Positions 11,783 to 25,229 are shown, counted from the whole stretch's first letter. The stretch: DNA of 63,352 bases, filler included, from Choristocarpus tenellus KU-1152 (GCA_964200185.2; 13 parts of 13 records of this genome joined end to end with filler, not necessarily neighbours in it), one strand, 5' to 3'. Numbers and translations: made by a program. Notes: a model not told the origin generated them from the sequence alone.

Positions 11783-12684
11783 ACTCCTGAGTATATAACA
11801 GCACAATCAAGAGAGGCTTCCCCAGCCCACTTGGGAAATGACCATACCGATTGCACCAATAAAAGCCTGGACCCAGGTCAATACCACCATGGGTGGACGG
11901 ATTTATGTCTGATGGTCCAGTCTCACACACAACCTTCTGAGTACAATATGATTGGAGATTTGGAACAGCATTACTCAAACAGCTGACCTAAACCTACTTA
12001 AAGTGCAACGGCAAATCAGCAACCCCGTGAAGACAGATAAAAGACAGGGACTGTACCTTGATGAGGTTACCTCATGTCCTTTATGAGGCCCCCTCGTTCA
12101 GAAGGATGTCCATTAGGTCTCCCGAAGAAAAGATGGCCTGGACCAACGTCAGGATTCACAGGTAATCCGAGGGGATCAGGGTCAGCAGGTTGGATACGAG
12201 AAGAATTGATATTTATCACAAAAGCTCAGCACATCTAACTTTATTATCAGAAAATATCTAGCGCTCCAACATTTAGTACCTCTGTAGTTTCAGTTCTACT
12301 TCTATTGTAGTAAATTGAAGAGATGTGCAGCGGGTGGATTGAATATCAGAGGCCTCATTGTGCATCCCTGAGGGTTGGCGGCAAGAACTACATGCATGTG
12401 GTGTCACATCAACTTGTGGAGAAGAATCCAACCTCTTAACGCAATGGAATAGGGGTACATTTGGTAGGCAAATCATACTGATCTGGGGAGGGCCTGTAAC
12501 AGCCCCATATCATCAACCATAACAATAAAACTCAGAGCGCTGGTGTGCGCGCAATGTCAACTTGCACGTCCTCAGGTACATGGGGGACTTCTCTACAGTG
12601 ATTGTGTTGCAATTACATTTTTCGACAAAGGGCTGGCTTTTCCCGGCTTGGAATCTTGTCTACACAAACTGCACCACAAGATTA

Positions 12685-12941
12685 GAGTGAAAGTGTCTTA
12701 GAGGGTACGAGTTTTTCCCTGTTCGTCCATTTGGGGCTTGACTTCCCATGGTGTTTTTTATGACATTTTCCTACTCCCAAATATTTTGGAGTAGGTAAAA
12801 TGTGTATGTTATGAAAGGTGTGTCCGAAACAAGAACGTTGACACTTCCTAACCAGCACGATAGCATAAATTCCATCAAAATGGCAAATTAGGTTATGGGC
12901 CCCAAATGGACGTGGCTCTACCCTCTAAGATACTTTGACTC
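12685..12941 (-). mobile_element. MITE family A, full length, flanked by TTA/TTA
   Basis: GAGTGAAAGTGTCTTAGAGGGTA...TACCCTCTAAGATACTTTGACTC. Confidence 0.95.
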
Positions 12942-13569
12942 TTAGTTTGTACGCATCGGTTGGCATCCACCGTGAAACTCAGAGCAATAAATCACTTCAA
13001 ACAAAGTAATTGGAAGACCTCGATGTACTGTCAACTGTACGTTAGGAGGGGCAAGACCTTGCTTCAAGGAATGCATTTGAGCAACACAAAATCAAAAGAT
13101 CAAAGGTAGCGAGCATTGTCCATTCGTAGCAGAAGAGTGGGCTCTGGAAGTGTAGGACATAGAGAAAGAGGTGCCTGAAGAAGGCATCCTAGTCATAGGG
13201 GTGCGCACAGCACCACAGCGATGCTGCTCTGCTGCATATCATTGTTCAAATTGATGACTGGACTCCTGTACTGCATTCCTGCTCCTTAGTGAGATGGTAT
13301 GCAATGAAACAGGTCCACTGAGTACATACCAAGGCCCACCTGCAGGACGGCATTGATGTAGCGCCGATTAGCACCTCTTGGGTTAAGAAAGTTCGCCCTT
13401 GACCGTTCATTGTGCTATACCCACCTGAAATCATGAATGTATCAGGGGGAAGGAGTTGACGGATTGACATTCATCTCATGTCACATGAGGTATGAGTTCA
13501 GACTAGACTTGGGATGGGGCAGTCCAGAAATCAAAACGTCCACAGGTAGACCTTGTTGAAATCAAATGT

Positions 13570-13736
13570 GACCCAAAGTATCTGGGGGGGGGGTGGCGGC
13601 TGTCCATTTGGGGCCAATTTTTCCATGTCGCGATTTTTGGGTAATTTTGTTCCATACGTTGGATGGATAATGAAAGTGCACTTTTCCTGGTTTTGCCCCA
13701 AATGGACACCCTGGTGTAGACTCCCCCCCCCCCCCC
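13570..13736. mobile_element. MITE family B, cut by the contig edge in its poly-C tract
   Basis: GACCCAAAGTATCTG-polyG plus body matching 10056-10233. Confidence 0.9.
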
Positions 13737-13836
13737 NNNNNNNNNNNNNNNNNNNNNNNNNNNNNNNNNNNNNNNNNNNNTTAATTAATTAANNNNNNNN
13801 NNNNNNNNNNNNNNNNNNNNNNNNNNNNNNNNNNNN

Positions 13837-13876
<40 letters not shown>

Positions 13877-14859
13877 CGGGGGCTCTCATGCGGTACGAGA
13901 AATGAAGCACGTGGTACAGTCTGGGGATGTTTCTTGAAGGGGTTGTATCTTTCAGTACATTTCGAGGAAATGAGCCAGGCTACCTTCTTGCCTTGCATCC
14001 CCTCAGTCCCTCACCTGAGTAAGGGAGGGAAGACGAATTTGTTTGTTCTTCGGAAAGAAAACGCCACCTACTACTATTAGGAAAAGAATAAGACGGTACG
14101 AGAGGCCGAAATAAAAAGAGAGTTGGTTCCCTTCCTCGAGTGTCCCGTACCCTCATGGTGATTGGATCAACAACAGAGGGGTGAGAGGTACAGAGAGGGG
14201 AAGCAAATGGTGCAGATCTTGGTTGGGGCGCAAGGGACCTCCGTCTTCGGTCCACGCCAGCAACCTGCCAAAGAGTAACTGGTGGTACCATGGCAATTCT
14301 GCAAGTAGAAGCCATGCCATGATCAAGAGAGCACAGAAAATTCCAGTGCGAATTCATCCCATTGACTTCAAACGCGCGATTTATAGGATTTTCTATTTTC
14401 ATCAGATGTTTTTTTCGTGCCAAGTCCGTTAGACAAAAATAACTAGCAACAACATCCAAGGGGTTGGAAAGAAGTAGTGGGGGGAGGGAGGGGCGGGGGG
14501 GTTGCTGAGGCCTTTGCCTGGATAGGAGCTGCCCAGCTGTTCAAAAAAATCTCATTCAAAAAGTATCACAAACAAAAGTAGGTAGGGCACAGAAATTGCT
14601 TCTCCTCTGCCTTTCAGTACCAACCATACGCTCTGATCCAGCACAATGCTTGCCACCTTGGGATAGCAATCAACCCTGTGCTATCTCCCTGAGAACCTTT
14701 GGGAATTTTTTGTGCCCGCGGTTTAGTACGGAGGACTGGACGAAACAGAATCAGAATCAGACAAATGCAAGAGGAAAGGGGAAGTTGAACACTCTTCCTT
14801 GTGGTTGTCATCACTTGTGACCAAATACGTAACCTCAGGCCCTGAGCAACCACCCTCAC

Positions 14860-16206
14860 CGTGCATAACCGCTTGTTTGTGGTGCAGTCCACCTTAGCCA
14901 GCTTGAACTGCTCACCCTCGTACCTAGAAATGATTTCCAGAACTGGATGGAGCTTGTTACAAGCGCTGCACCATGGCTATGTATTAAGGAGGCAAGTGAG
15001 GGAAGAGAAATGGGCTATTTGGAAAGGAGGTGTGCGAGCAGGACAAAGACATCTAGGGGGGTCCACGTGCTGGAACGAGGTAAACCAAACTCTAAAGTAG
15101 CGGGGGACTACTCTCAGTTGACTTCAGATACCTTGAGGTTCTTACATTACACTTGGAGCACACATCGCATGTGGATGCATTTGGTGCTATTGCAATAAAA
15201 CAGATGGAAGGGTACGCAAGAAGGTACCGGTAGAGAAATCAATGGTTTTTTATCAGGTTGACGCGGGCCGTTCAGGTTTTGTTGTTCTTAGCGTACCCAA
15301 CATGACTGCGAATAGGTACGCTATTGTGCGCTGAAGAGGTGAGATCTGCTGTAGAGCGTGCAACCTTCACCTAGGATATACATCGTTGATTTCTTCTTCG
15401 CTCCTATTTGTTTGACCAATAGTTAGAACACCTCCAGCACAATTTTCAGGTACCAAAAAAAGTAGAATTAGCATATTAAAAGTAGTTGGAATGACCAGAA
15501 TTGGGTATACGAGCATCGCCACCAATCTGGGTCGAACCTCTCCTTCCACCACGAAAAAATCTGGGGGAAAGATTCAAGGTGCTCATCCGATCCCTTCACT
15601 ATAGGTAATGATGAAAAATGCAAATAACAGCTTGAAGTCATCCCTTGACCCCTACCCTGACCCACCACAATCCTCACACTGGAGATTCCTGTGTTCTTGA
15701 AAGGCTTACTCCAAGTGAAAAAGTAGACTAGCATATTAAAAGTAGTTGGAACGACTAGGATTGGGTATACGAGCGTCGCCACCAATCTAGGCCGAACCTC
15801 TCCTTCTACCACGAAAAACGTCTGGGGAAAAGATTCAAGGTGCTCATCCGATCCCTTCACTATAGGTAACGATGAAAAATGCAAATAATAGCTTGAAGCC
15901 GTCCCTTGCCCCTACTGACCCACCACAATCCTCACACTGGAGATTCCTGTGTACTTGAAAGGCTTGTACCAAGTGCCACTACAGCATAATGTGCACCCCC
16001 TATCATCACCAAATCTCTGGTGAACTCACAGCATAGAAATCGACAAGGAGGAGTTGTTTTGGAGGCATTTTCTCCACGAAGCTGTCGAATGTATCGTCTG
16101 AAAGGATGGCTATCTGCTCAGCCTGCACTGGGCCCATTGACGCGACCAGGCATAGCACCGACAACAACCAAATCACCGACCCCCACGCATACTTTCCCAT
16201 GCGCAT
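14860..16206 (-). CDS. Signal-peptide thioredoxin/PDI-like protein; exons 16206-16030 and 14976-14860; later exons unresolved
   Basis: Hydrophobic N-terminus, LSDDTFDSFV...LLLVDFYA|PWCSACNKLHP...LAKVDCT; phase-0 GT-AG join. Confidence 0.85.
15455..15976. repeat. 260-bp high-identity tandem duplication in intron 1 of the thioredoxin gene
   Basis: AGCATATTAAAAGTAGTTGGAA at 15470 and 15730, colinear to GAAAGGCTT...CCAAGTG. Confidence 0.95.
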
Positions 16207-16580
16207 GGTGAGACCTCACGAGAGCGCTAATGAGGCTCTGTGCCACTCCTTATCCCACTGAATCTTATCGCATCTCACCATTTACATTGTAGGCTACGAT
16301 CTTACTCAACTGCTTTCGCGCGTTAGCACGCGGACTGAACTGGCTCTATATATCAGAATAAGAAAACATACACATCATTACATACTACAAAACAGTGGTA
16401 GCTGTATAATGAGGGAGGTTGTATGTATTCCATTGCTATATAGTGTGAATTGAATAGGAGTGTTTATGAAAATCTTATGAATTGGGGTGTGATAGTAGGT
16501 TCCATAGGAGGAATCTAGTGAAGCACCCGAAACGCCTTCCAAATGTATGCGTTATCCCAAATGATCCTCTTATTTCATCG

Positions 16581-17551
16581 ATGGACTCTAGTGCTGTTTC
16601 TCTCACTGTGCGGCCAAGTCACTGCTTTATTTCTGTCCAGCTGTACGTGGTTCAGTAAGGGGGTTCGGGTAGGCTCAAATCCTAGTATACTTGAATACTG
16701 TGTGCAAAACATTTGCTTCAAATTATTGCTGATGTCGCCTACTTCGCTACACCCTCCATCCCTCGACCACTTCACCCGCTAATTCCAAATCAAAGGACGT
16801 TCGGGAAAGTCCGAAGAAAGAAGAATGGCAGTGGGGGAAAGGACGAATCATCCCAGGAAAAGGGAGAGGTACAGACTTTGCTGACCGGTGTTTCCATACA
16901 CGCGCTAATCCTGGACGCCCTGAAGGAGATGTACGGGGAGGTCGGGGCTGCCTCCTACCCTGTTGATGTGCTCTCCTGGGATTCAGTCAGTGGTCGAGCC
17001 AGCCTCCGAGTTCTGGAAAGGTACGTTCTAGTACTGCTGCTCTGGTGTGAGAGGTTTGTCCTGGGTAAGTTACGAGACTGAGAGACCAATTGCATTGCCT
17101 ACACTGCCAAGTTGCAGCTGTCTCTAATCCGTTGAACTAGATCCGACGGTGCGACAGGAATGTAATTCACGAGAGGGAACTTTGGTCATGATTCGACAAG
17201 ATATTCCTAAAGGTTAGAAATATCATGGCCGTTGAGTACATCAGTTATCCTGGAAAATCTGTATCTGTGGTACAGCTTTCCTGACACCGATACATTCCCC
17301 TCCTCAGGATGGGGATATAGCAGCGGAAATGAATCACGTGAATTTCACAACAAAGCACGAACAAAAAAAATACCCTCTTTCTTCTCATTCCCCTCTTCTG
17401 CTCTACCTCGGGACACCCTCGCCCCAGCACTATTGTGCCTGTTCATGCAGCTTTGACGCTTGTGGGTTCCTATGAAGGTCTACCGTGCGCAATGACAGTC
17501 CTGGGCATTTCTCCCTTTCTGGCTGGTCTTGCGTGCGAACGATTCCTCTAA
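16581..17551 (+). CDS. RPP14: Ribonuclease P/MRP subunit Rpp14 (Rpp14/Pop5 family); exons 16581-16642, 16796-17020, 17428-17551; 136 aa
   Basis: Spliced product has ALKEMYGEVGAASYPVDVLSW and AALTLVGSYEGLPCAMTVLGISPFLAGLA, matching the RPP14 pattern; phases are compatible from ATG to TAA. Confidence 0.85.
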
Positions 17552-19623
17552 TTGTGAGGGAGATATTAGGTGCACGAGAAGGAAGCGCAAATATGCGTTA
17601 CATGTCGTATATTGGATAACCTGAGAATTCGCCCTTTTTCTTGTGGAAGAAGCTCATTCTAATCTTATGAAGGCATAAAGAAGGCCGGAAGTAATGAGAA
17701 CAACAATCTCGCAAGGGAGGAATGCGTTCACCGTATGACTGGCGGATGTGGCAATGACTTTGTTCTCTAGAATGAATCATTTTCAAAATTGTGATTGTTG
17801 AACAGAGCATATCAACCACTTAATTGATGGATGTAGTACTCTTGTTCTGAGTTTGAAGTGTCTGGACATCAGACAGATTTTATAGTGCGTGGGGTGGAGC
17901 ATGAGACCATCTGCAGCCTATATTCAATAAAGATCTCCAATCGAAGTTTTGCACTGCTATATAACATTACATCAAGTGATACAACATACACAGGAACACT
18001 AGTTGACAATTCTGAATCTTTCCAAGATTGAGGCACTTCATTTTGGAGTGTACAGTGGAATTAGATCTATTGGTCTGGTAGTTGAAATGATGTTGGCGGG
18101 CATTTGTCAATGATAACACTACCTATATTAGAGCACCGTTCCTCTTAGTGCAAAGGAGGTAAGTGTGCAAATTTTGGAGGAATCTATGTGTGTGTGTATC
18201 ATTTATCTTCATGTGCGGATTTCATCACACGTTAATGTAATATCTTGAAGTGGAGGAAGAAGTGCAACTAGGAATAGCGGTCAGAAGTGTGCAAGCCCCT
18301 TCTCCCCATTGCTGTAGTTAGGGATGGCGGAAGAGTGAAGACTACTAGACAACATCCTTTGCTCATCTGTGACACCTTACCCATGTCACCTTACGGATGT
18401 ATGTAGGCCCAAGCACTGGGCAATATCTACCTGTGAAATAATGGCGATACCTTTGGTTAAAACATTAAACCTACTTAGCATACGCCACAGGAAATATTCC
18501 CTTATATAGCCCATCTTCATCACTGCACCCAAATGTACTGAACTCTTGTCAAGTTTTGTTCACACACTGAAATGGTTTCTTGTTGGAGTTTGTTTCTTGC
18601 CTGAGATTTGCGTCAGCATCGAAACAGTCTCTAGAGAATAGTTGGCACTGAATTGACTGTACTGAGCATGAATAAGAATCGAACAGTGGTATAGGCCACA
18701 AGTCACTGCTCAACATTATACAACCCTCTCAATTTCAGTCATATCCCCCTCCGCTTTTCTGGGGTAACCTCAGGAATTGTTGAGGACGAACTGAAAGGCT
18801 ATAATCTATTGGTGTGTTTTATCACTTGCCTAGAACTATATGTGGTGAAACAATTATGTATATTATGTGTAGGGGGCGGATGATGGTGCAGGCGGACCAC
18901 TTCTCATGTAGTCTGACTCTTGAGCTAGGACAGAATGTTGATGGGGAGGTGGAACTGACAAGCTAGTCCTGAAAATAAGGGCACTCTCTGTTGGTATGCT
19001 CAAGCTGTAGTGAATGAATTGCACTCCGATAAGGTGCAGATGTGAACCCATGTAGATTAAGACAGGATTAATCCATCTGAGGATTCTTCTCGCCCTCTAT
19101 GGGGTGTAGACTGGTACAGTCTGGAGATCTCAGTAGTCAATAATGACGTGTAATGGACAGAGCAACACAATGTGTACCATTATATTTGGGTGCCAGAGCA
19201 AATCATAACAGTGTATTTTTACTGGTGCATAATAAGACCATTTCCTGTGTTGTGCCTGTAATAAACTGGAGATACAGAGCTGAATAATATTGTTATTAAG
19301 TTGCGAGCAGCAACCTAGAATCTCGTGTATTCTGTGATAGACAAATTATCTTGTTATCCCTTGGATTTGATTTGATAGCAATGTGTGTGTCCCATCGACA
19401 GCAGTTGTCTATGTATATATTGTGTAACTGCTTGTCATGAACTGCGTCCACTCGGCTGCTATATAACACCAAGAAGCACAATTGACCCTTGAGGAGTTTT
19501 CGACAGCACAGTAAGGGAAGGAAGACACAGGGATTATTCTTGAATTATGTTAGAGTGAGGTCCAGTCGAGATTGCGTGTGTGATGGCATGCTGTTGTACA
19601 TACAAAATCGCTTCCAGTCTGCT

Positions 19624-19670
19624 GAGCCAAACTTAGAGGGTAGAGCCGCGTCCATTTGGGGGTCAAAATC
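19624..19670 (+). mobile_element. MITE family A terminus, cut by the contig edge
   Basis: GAGCCAAACTTAGAGGGTAGAGCCGCGTCCATTTGGGGGTCAAAATC. Confidence 0.8.
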
Positions 19671-19773
19671 NNNNNNNNNNNNNNNNNNNNNNNNNNNNNN
19701 NNNNNNNNNNNNNNTTAATTAATTAANNNNNNNNNNNNNNNNNNNNNNNNNNNNNNNNNNNNNNNNNNNNGGA

Positions 19774-19954
19774 GGCGCAAAGTAGCTGGGGGGGGGTGGG
19801 GGGGTCCACACCTGGGTGTCCATTTGGGTCAATATAAGGTAAAGTGCATTTACATTATCCATCAGACGTATGCAACCAAATCACCAAAAAAACGTGACAT
19901 GAAAAAATTGACCCCAAATGGACAGCCGCCATCCCCCTCCAGATACTTTGACCT
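19774..19954. mobile_element. MITE family B, full length, opposite orientation
   Basis: GGCGCAAAGTAGCTG-polyG...CCAGATACTTTGACCT; body is the reverse complement of 13570-13736. Confidence 0.9.
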
Positions 19955-20717
19955 TGAACCAGCTAATCTTTAACCTTTCGCCACCCCCCCTCGATTTTTT
20001 TTTCTTCGCTGGAACGTCACTTGATTTCTACTTTTCTACCCCTACGAACTCTCACACGAAAACCTCAGGTTATTTCATGAACTTAATTAAAGTCTGTAGT
20101 ACAATATATTTGGTATTTTAGTTATTTGTCCATGGTTTGACTTTTTGCTGACACATCTCCAATATGTGAGAGGGTGTAGTAGAATAAAAGTTTGGTCTGA
20201 AGGGGTTCCAACCCCCAATATTCATGTGGGTAACTAACTGTATCTTGACCCCAAGTAAATCCATGAAGAAATTAACTCCTGGTATTATATAACTCCTACT
20301 ATACGTATACGACAAATACTATTGTCTCCTTTAGGATATCGAATATTTATATGCCAAATCAAGCTGCCTATACCACCCTATACTTACGAAAAACCCAATC
20401 AAAAGTACTTCAGCTTCAATAACAACCATCGATAATATCAGGGATTTTTTATATTTTCCATCACTTACATTTGCTTCCATCATGTTGTTGAAGTCCAAAA
20501 AAAGCCGCCATACACCACCACAAAACTAGAAAAACAAAAGGAATTCATACTCACACCACAGACAGCCGTCACCTTTACTGAGCATTTGCGGTTTTTGCTG
20601 GCATAAGGGAAATTACACGTCCACCCAAGTGTGCAGCAAGTGGGACCGAGTACATAAGTGCTTTGCTCCTTTAAATTCTACGAAAACATTGTGTTTGATT
20701 CAATTAAATTCTTTATC

Positions 20718-23329
20718 ATGACCGCCTCAAGACCCAGCGTGGGATCCCCCCAAGATGCGAAAAATCCAGTGCAAGAACCATTCCGCAACATCACACAACA
20801 ACACGCGCAAGGTGGAATTGCCAAAGAAACTTACACCTCCAATGAAGGCAAGGCTATCAAGATTTTGGTTTATGGTGCAGTCAACGCTCTCATGGGCATC
20901 CCCGTTCTGTACGGTTATGCCACCATCATTTTCAGGTGTGATCGCGTGTCTGCCCAAACCCGCCCTTGTCTCCATTCATATATTGGTACTGTTCGCTCAG
21001 GATCCACGAAGCTGTTACGAAGTACTGTGTGAGTCTATTTGCTATTCTGCTCCACCTATCGCTTGAAGTGTAGAAAGTGCATTGGTGGAGTAACGACCTC
21101 ACGTATTGTCGACTAAGGACCATGCCTAACTGAGAATCTGTGTTGATTCTGTCGTGGAATAGTTTGTAGAAAGACGTATGTGGGTACGTCGCAGTATCTG
21201 GGCATGCACAAGAGCCGGTCAATATGAGCTCTACCGAGTGTTCGTGTGCATGCCTCAATCAGATACCCGTCGGTGGTTTTTTTCACCTATTACGGACGTT
21301 CATTTTCGGGTGACTTCGCCAGCCCAATTCCAATCTTTATGTTTCAATAGCTATTGCTGAAAAGCAGCGCTATATCCCAAGCCATACCACCTAGTCGTCA
21401 CATATGATCTATAGTGTAATTTATTTACAATGGCGATACTCCATTTTCCCATTCCAGATCGCCACAAAAGCCAATAATGTTTGGGGGGCAAGAAGAGTAG
21501 GCCCATTTTCGTGGACGAGACATTTACATAGGAAATCCTTACAACTAAGGCAATTAAGGAATCTTCCATCTTATGAAATCTCAGGCAGCCACACCTATGT
21601 TCAATTCTCTCGCACATAACACCAATATCATTGTATGCCACTAATGGGCAGCTGAGGGTATCATCCTAGTAAGATCATGACAGGGATGCAAATGTAGCTG
21701 GGCCATAATTGTCCAGGCTGCGGGTTTTGACAAAAACCGAGGATTGCACACGACAAAAAGCTTGAGAGGTAGGCAGATTGGTATGATGGTACGAGGGACA
21801 TATGACGATGGTGTATAATATCAATATTACGTTCCACATACTCTTTTTTCGTGTGTAGCGCTTGACTAGTCCAAGCCCTGTGTATACCCTTGGAGTATAA
21901 TAGTGGAGTAAGCTAATTTTAGTAAAAATTGCTTGTATAGGAAATCCGCATCCATCCAGGCATCAGTCGCCCATTGCACTACAGGTTTACAGGAGAGCAA
22001 GCAGGAGAGAAATGCGCACAAATATGCTAAGGCAAGATCTGACCATTTTCCCCGGCCTCAATGGATATCAGAAAAAAAACAGTTTTTAGAATAATGCTAC
22101 GACTGCCCCTCTTTGTACCCTAAACCTTAGCCTGACCCTATGGTACTCTATGTGTACTAAAGTATACATTTATGCATGCCAAGTTTATAGTACTTCAGTG
22201 GTGGACAGATAGATATTTTGATTTTCATCAGCTTCTCCTCACTGTATCAATTTATCTAATGCACCTCAAAGGTATATGAAGCCTAATTGCAGCCCGTCCC
22301 CTCATCTCACACCTTTCATGTGTTGTTGCTTCTTCATTTGCATGTTGGTGTCCTTTCACTCCACCACCTCTTCTACGTTTTTTTGCAGGCACCCTATGTA
22401 TGTGCCGTTTATGCCTGCCTTGACAAAGCTGGTTCTGTTCAGCAGGTGACAGTTGGCATTGATACAGACAACAGTAGTATAGCAGTAGCATATCTATTGT
22501 TCATTCTTCCTTTAGGTTCATATTTTTATCCACATGCAGTGGTATTGTGTTGGTTTATTTGCTACCACATTTTTAATACACTTTAAAATATAATCCGCAG
22601 CATTGTGCTCTACTATGTCGGAGTATATATTGCTATCAAGATTAAATTTGTACAGTAGATATTAGAAGTCAAGTAGGTATGTATACATCGAGCATTATTT
22701 GCACATGCTATAGTGATGCCAAGACAGGCAGGGTACAAGGGCTTGGTACAGGAGGTACAGAATTTACATCAACCAAAATAGCACTATAGTGTGTGCATCA
22801 CATCAACCCAATGGGGTGTGCATTTTTTTCCAGGACACCAAGCAATGTGTACAATGAACTATGAATTTTCATACAGCATCTCTCTGATCACTCTGTGTTG
22901 ACCCTTGAGACACTCATGACGATTCTGAAAGCTGATAGCACCCAGGGAGTGAGTAGCTTTGTTATTGGCTAGTGATTGTGCAGAGGCAGTGTTTGCGTAC
23001 CATGATAGATGAGATCCGTGCTATGTCTGAAGATACTCCATTGTTGTTGGTGATGTGGTGTAATATCAGTGTGGGATTTGTGTGTGTTTGGAGTGAGAAA
23101 AATAAGTGACCAAACTTTCCACTGATAGACCTCGAAATATTGAAATATTGACCCTACCATTACCTAGACCTCAACAACCCTAAGACACGTCGCAAGCTTG
23201 CCTGTGCATTTCCGACCTTGTCCTCTTTCTATTAATTCATGATGTGGTTCTGCTGGTCTTCTCAGCATGGTTCACCAGATCCTGTTTTCATTGCTCAGCA
23301 CCCTATCCTTTGCGATTGGTCAAGTGCAG
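20718..23329 (+). CDS. SulP/SLC26-family anion transporter, 5' exons 20718-20935, 22389-22445, 23266-23329; remainder not found
   Basis: Spliced: LVYGAVNALMGIPVLYGYATIIFRHPMYVPFMPALTKLVLFSSMVHQILFSLLSTLSFAIGQVQ; phases compatible; third donor is GC. Confidence 0.8.
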
Positions 23330-24483
23330 GCAAGTTGTGTCCCAAAGATCATTTCAAAATTGTCTTCATTGGCATTGTCATCGGCACTGTTGGTGTTTCC
23401 TCATGTATGTAGCACTCTCATTGCTCGATTGAGCCGGTCAGAATTCAGAAAGATGTGAATGCTGGCGTATTTTTGTAGTGGTATTTTCGTGATGAAAGTA
23501 GGTGTGATGTGTTGGTATGTTCATCCTCTACCGTACTTGCCATGTTGTCATTGTTGTTGTTGGTTCCTTCTGCAATCGACGAAATCTACGCTAAAGTCAA
23601 CACATTTGAACATTGGTCCGTCTGGCCGCCTGAGGAGGTTCTGGAGACCTTCACTAGTTGCTAGTCCACAACTCCCAGTATAGAACGGATATCATAAACA
23701 AAGCAGTTGCATTGCGATTCTCCCTCCATGTTGTGGCTGTTTGGATTCTAATATTTCACTAAGATTTTATGCCTCATATCTAAATTAGGTACTGTGAAGA
23801 ACAAGGCCTGAGATGAGACTTGAATTTCTTGTACTCCCAAGTCAAGGTAGACAGCCTCCATGGCATTCTGACCGCTGTAAAGAAGGTGGTAGGCCTAGGC
23901 TTTCCTGAAGTTTTTCTAGGCTGTCTCCTTCTGAATAGAAGCAGAAAAAAAAGTCTTCCTTGTTCTCAGCAATTTGCAGGTGCAGTTTCTCAGCATTTAT
24001 CCACTCCACGCACTGTTCCTTCACATGTTCCTCTACCAACACTCGCCTCCTTTCCACCTTTGCCTGTTGGGTGCCAGGCATCTCTTACTCGACCCAAAAA
24101 GAAGTTTCCAATCCCCTTAGTGTGACATCGTGCAGGGTAGCGGGTCAGCAGACGCTTTGTGAGCCACTCTCTTGGTCTTTGTTGAGTAGAAGCAGGTGAT
24201 ACGTCCTCAGAGCTTGTGCCTGTAGTAGCTGTTTCTGTACTATCTTGTGATGAGACAGCTCATCGTCAGTAATAAGCCCACTGCCTGCACACCCATTGAC
24301 CTCTTTGATCTCCTTGATGACACTTGAGATAGAGGATGGCTTGGTGATGCCACTCCTGCAGCTCCTCTGCCCATTTCTCTCTTTGCGCCTGCTACATGTG
24401 AGGACATTTCACATTCAACCTTGTGTCAGAATACTGATGCCCTCAAGATTGAAGGCATTTGTATTCATCCTCCATTTGTCCCA

Positions 24484-24553
24484 GGCCCAAAGTATCTGGG
24501 TGGGGGGGGGGGGGGGCTACACCAGGGGGTCCATTTGGAGCAAAATCAGGAAA
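24484..24553. mobile_element. MITE family B terminus, cut by the contig edge
   Basis: GGCCCAAAGTATCTGGGT-polyG-CTACACCAGGG. Confidence 0.85.
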
Positions 24554-24653
24554 NNNNNNNNNNNNNNNNNNNNNNNNNNNNNNNNNNNNNNNNNNNNTTA
24601 ATTAATTAANNNNNNNNNNNNNNNNNNNNNNNNNNNNNNNNNNNNNNNNNNNN

Positions 24654-24706
24654 CGAAACGGACGCCCCCTCACAAACCCCCCCCCCCCCCCCAGATACTT
24701 TGACCC
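24654..24706. mobile_element. Family-B-related MITE terminus, cut by the contig edge
   Basis: polyC-CAGATACTTTGACCC. Confidence 0.75.
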
Positions 24707-25229
24707 AACCCTAGGGGGTGCAATATTCTACCAATGCAGGTATTGAGGTCATGCATACTACCAATATTGTTTCTCCCGAAGGATAGAGTGCGAAACGTGA
24801 CAGGTAGTGGAGGGAGTACCTTATGGAATGGTTCTAGGAGCAGTCATTTTGTAGACAACACAAGAGAATACTGTCATATAGAGAAGGTGAAGGCTTTCGA
24901 CCATCCCCACAATCACCATGGATACCTTTTGTTGAAGCTGTAACACCCAGATCTCGTGATAACAGTTACCCTTGTCGGCCCTAGGTGAGTGGCAAGCAGC
25001 GGCTACATCCATGACCCGACCATCCAAATACCACAGAACAACGGCTCCTAACAATCCCGAACCAGTCAGATCCGGAGAAAACTCCCCTGACGCACTCCTT
25101 GGATACCCAAGATACATCTGTACACCAGCTGGTGAACATACACGGCCAGTGGAGGAAGATGCGAGCTTCTTTGATATAGATCCAGAAGCAGGTATCCCAG
25201 CAATGGACCTTACCCAAGACAAAGCTCTA

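Larger units (their letters stand above)
10600..13405 (-). pseudogene. Ubiquitin-specific protease (peptidase C19/USP) pseudogene
   Basis: Cys box NPRGANR[R]YINAVLQ followed by a GT donor (13340-13405, Cys codon reads CGC); CxxC pairs and PKVLLIQLNRF in ORF 10766-11383; degenerate His box (GLGVSHYP*) and GE*FLVVSDD near 10600-10720; interrupted by two family A MITEs. Confidence 0.75.
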
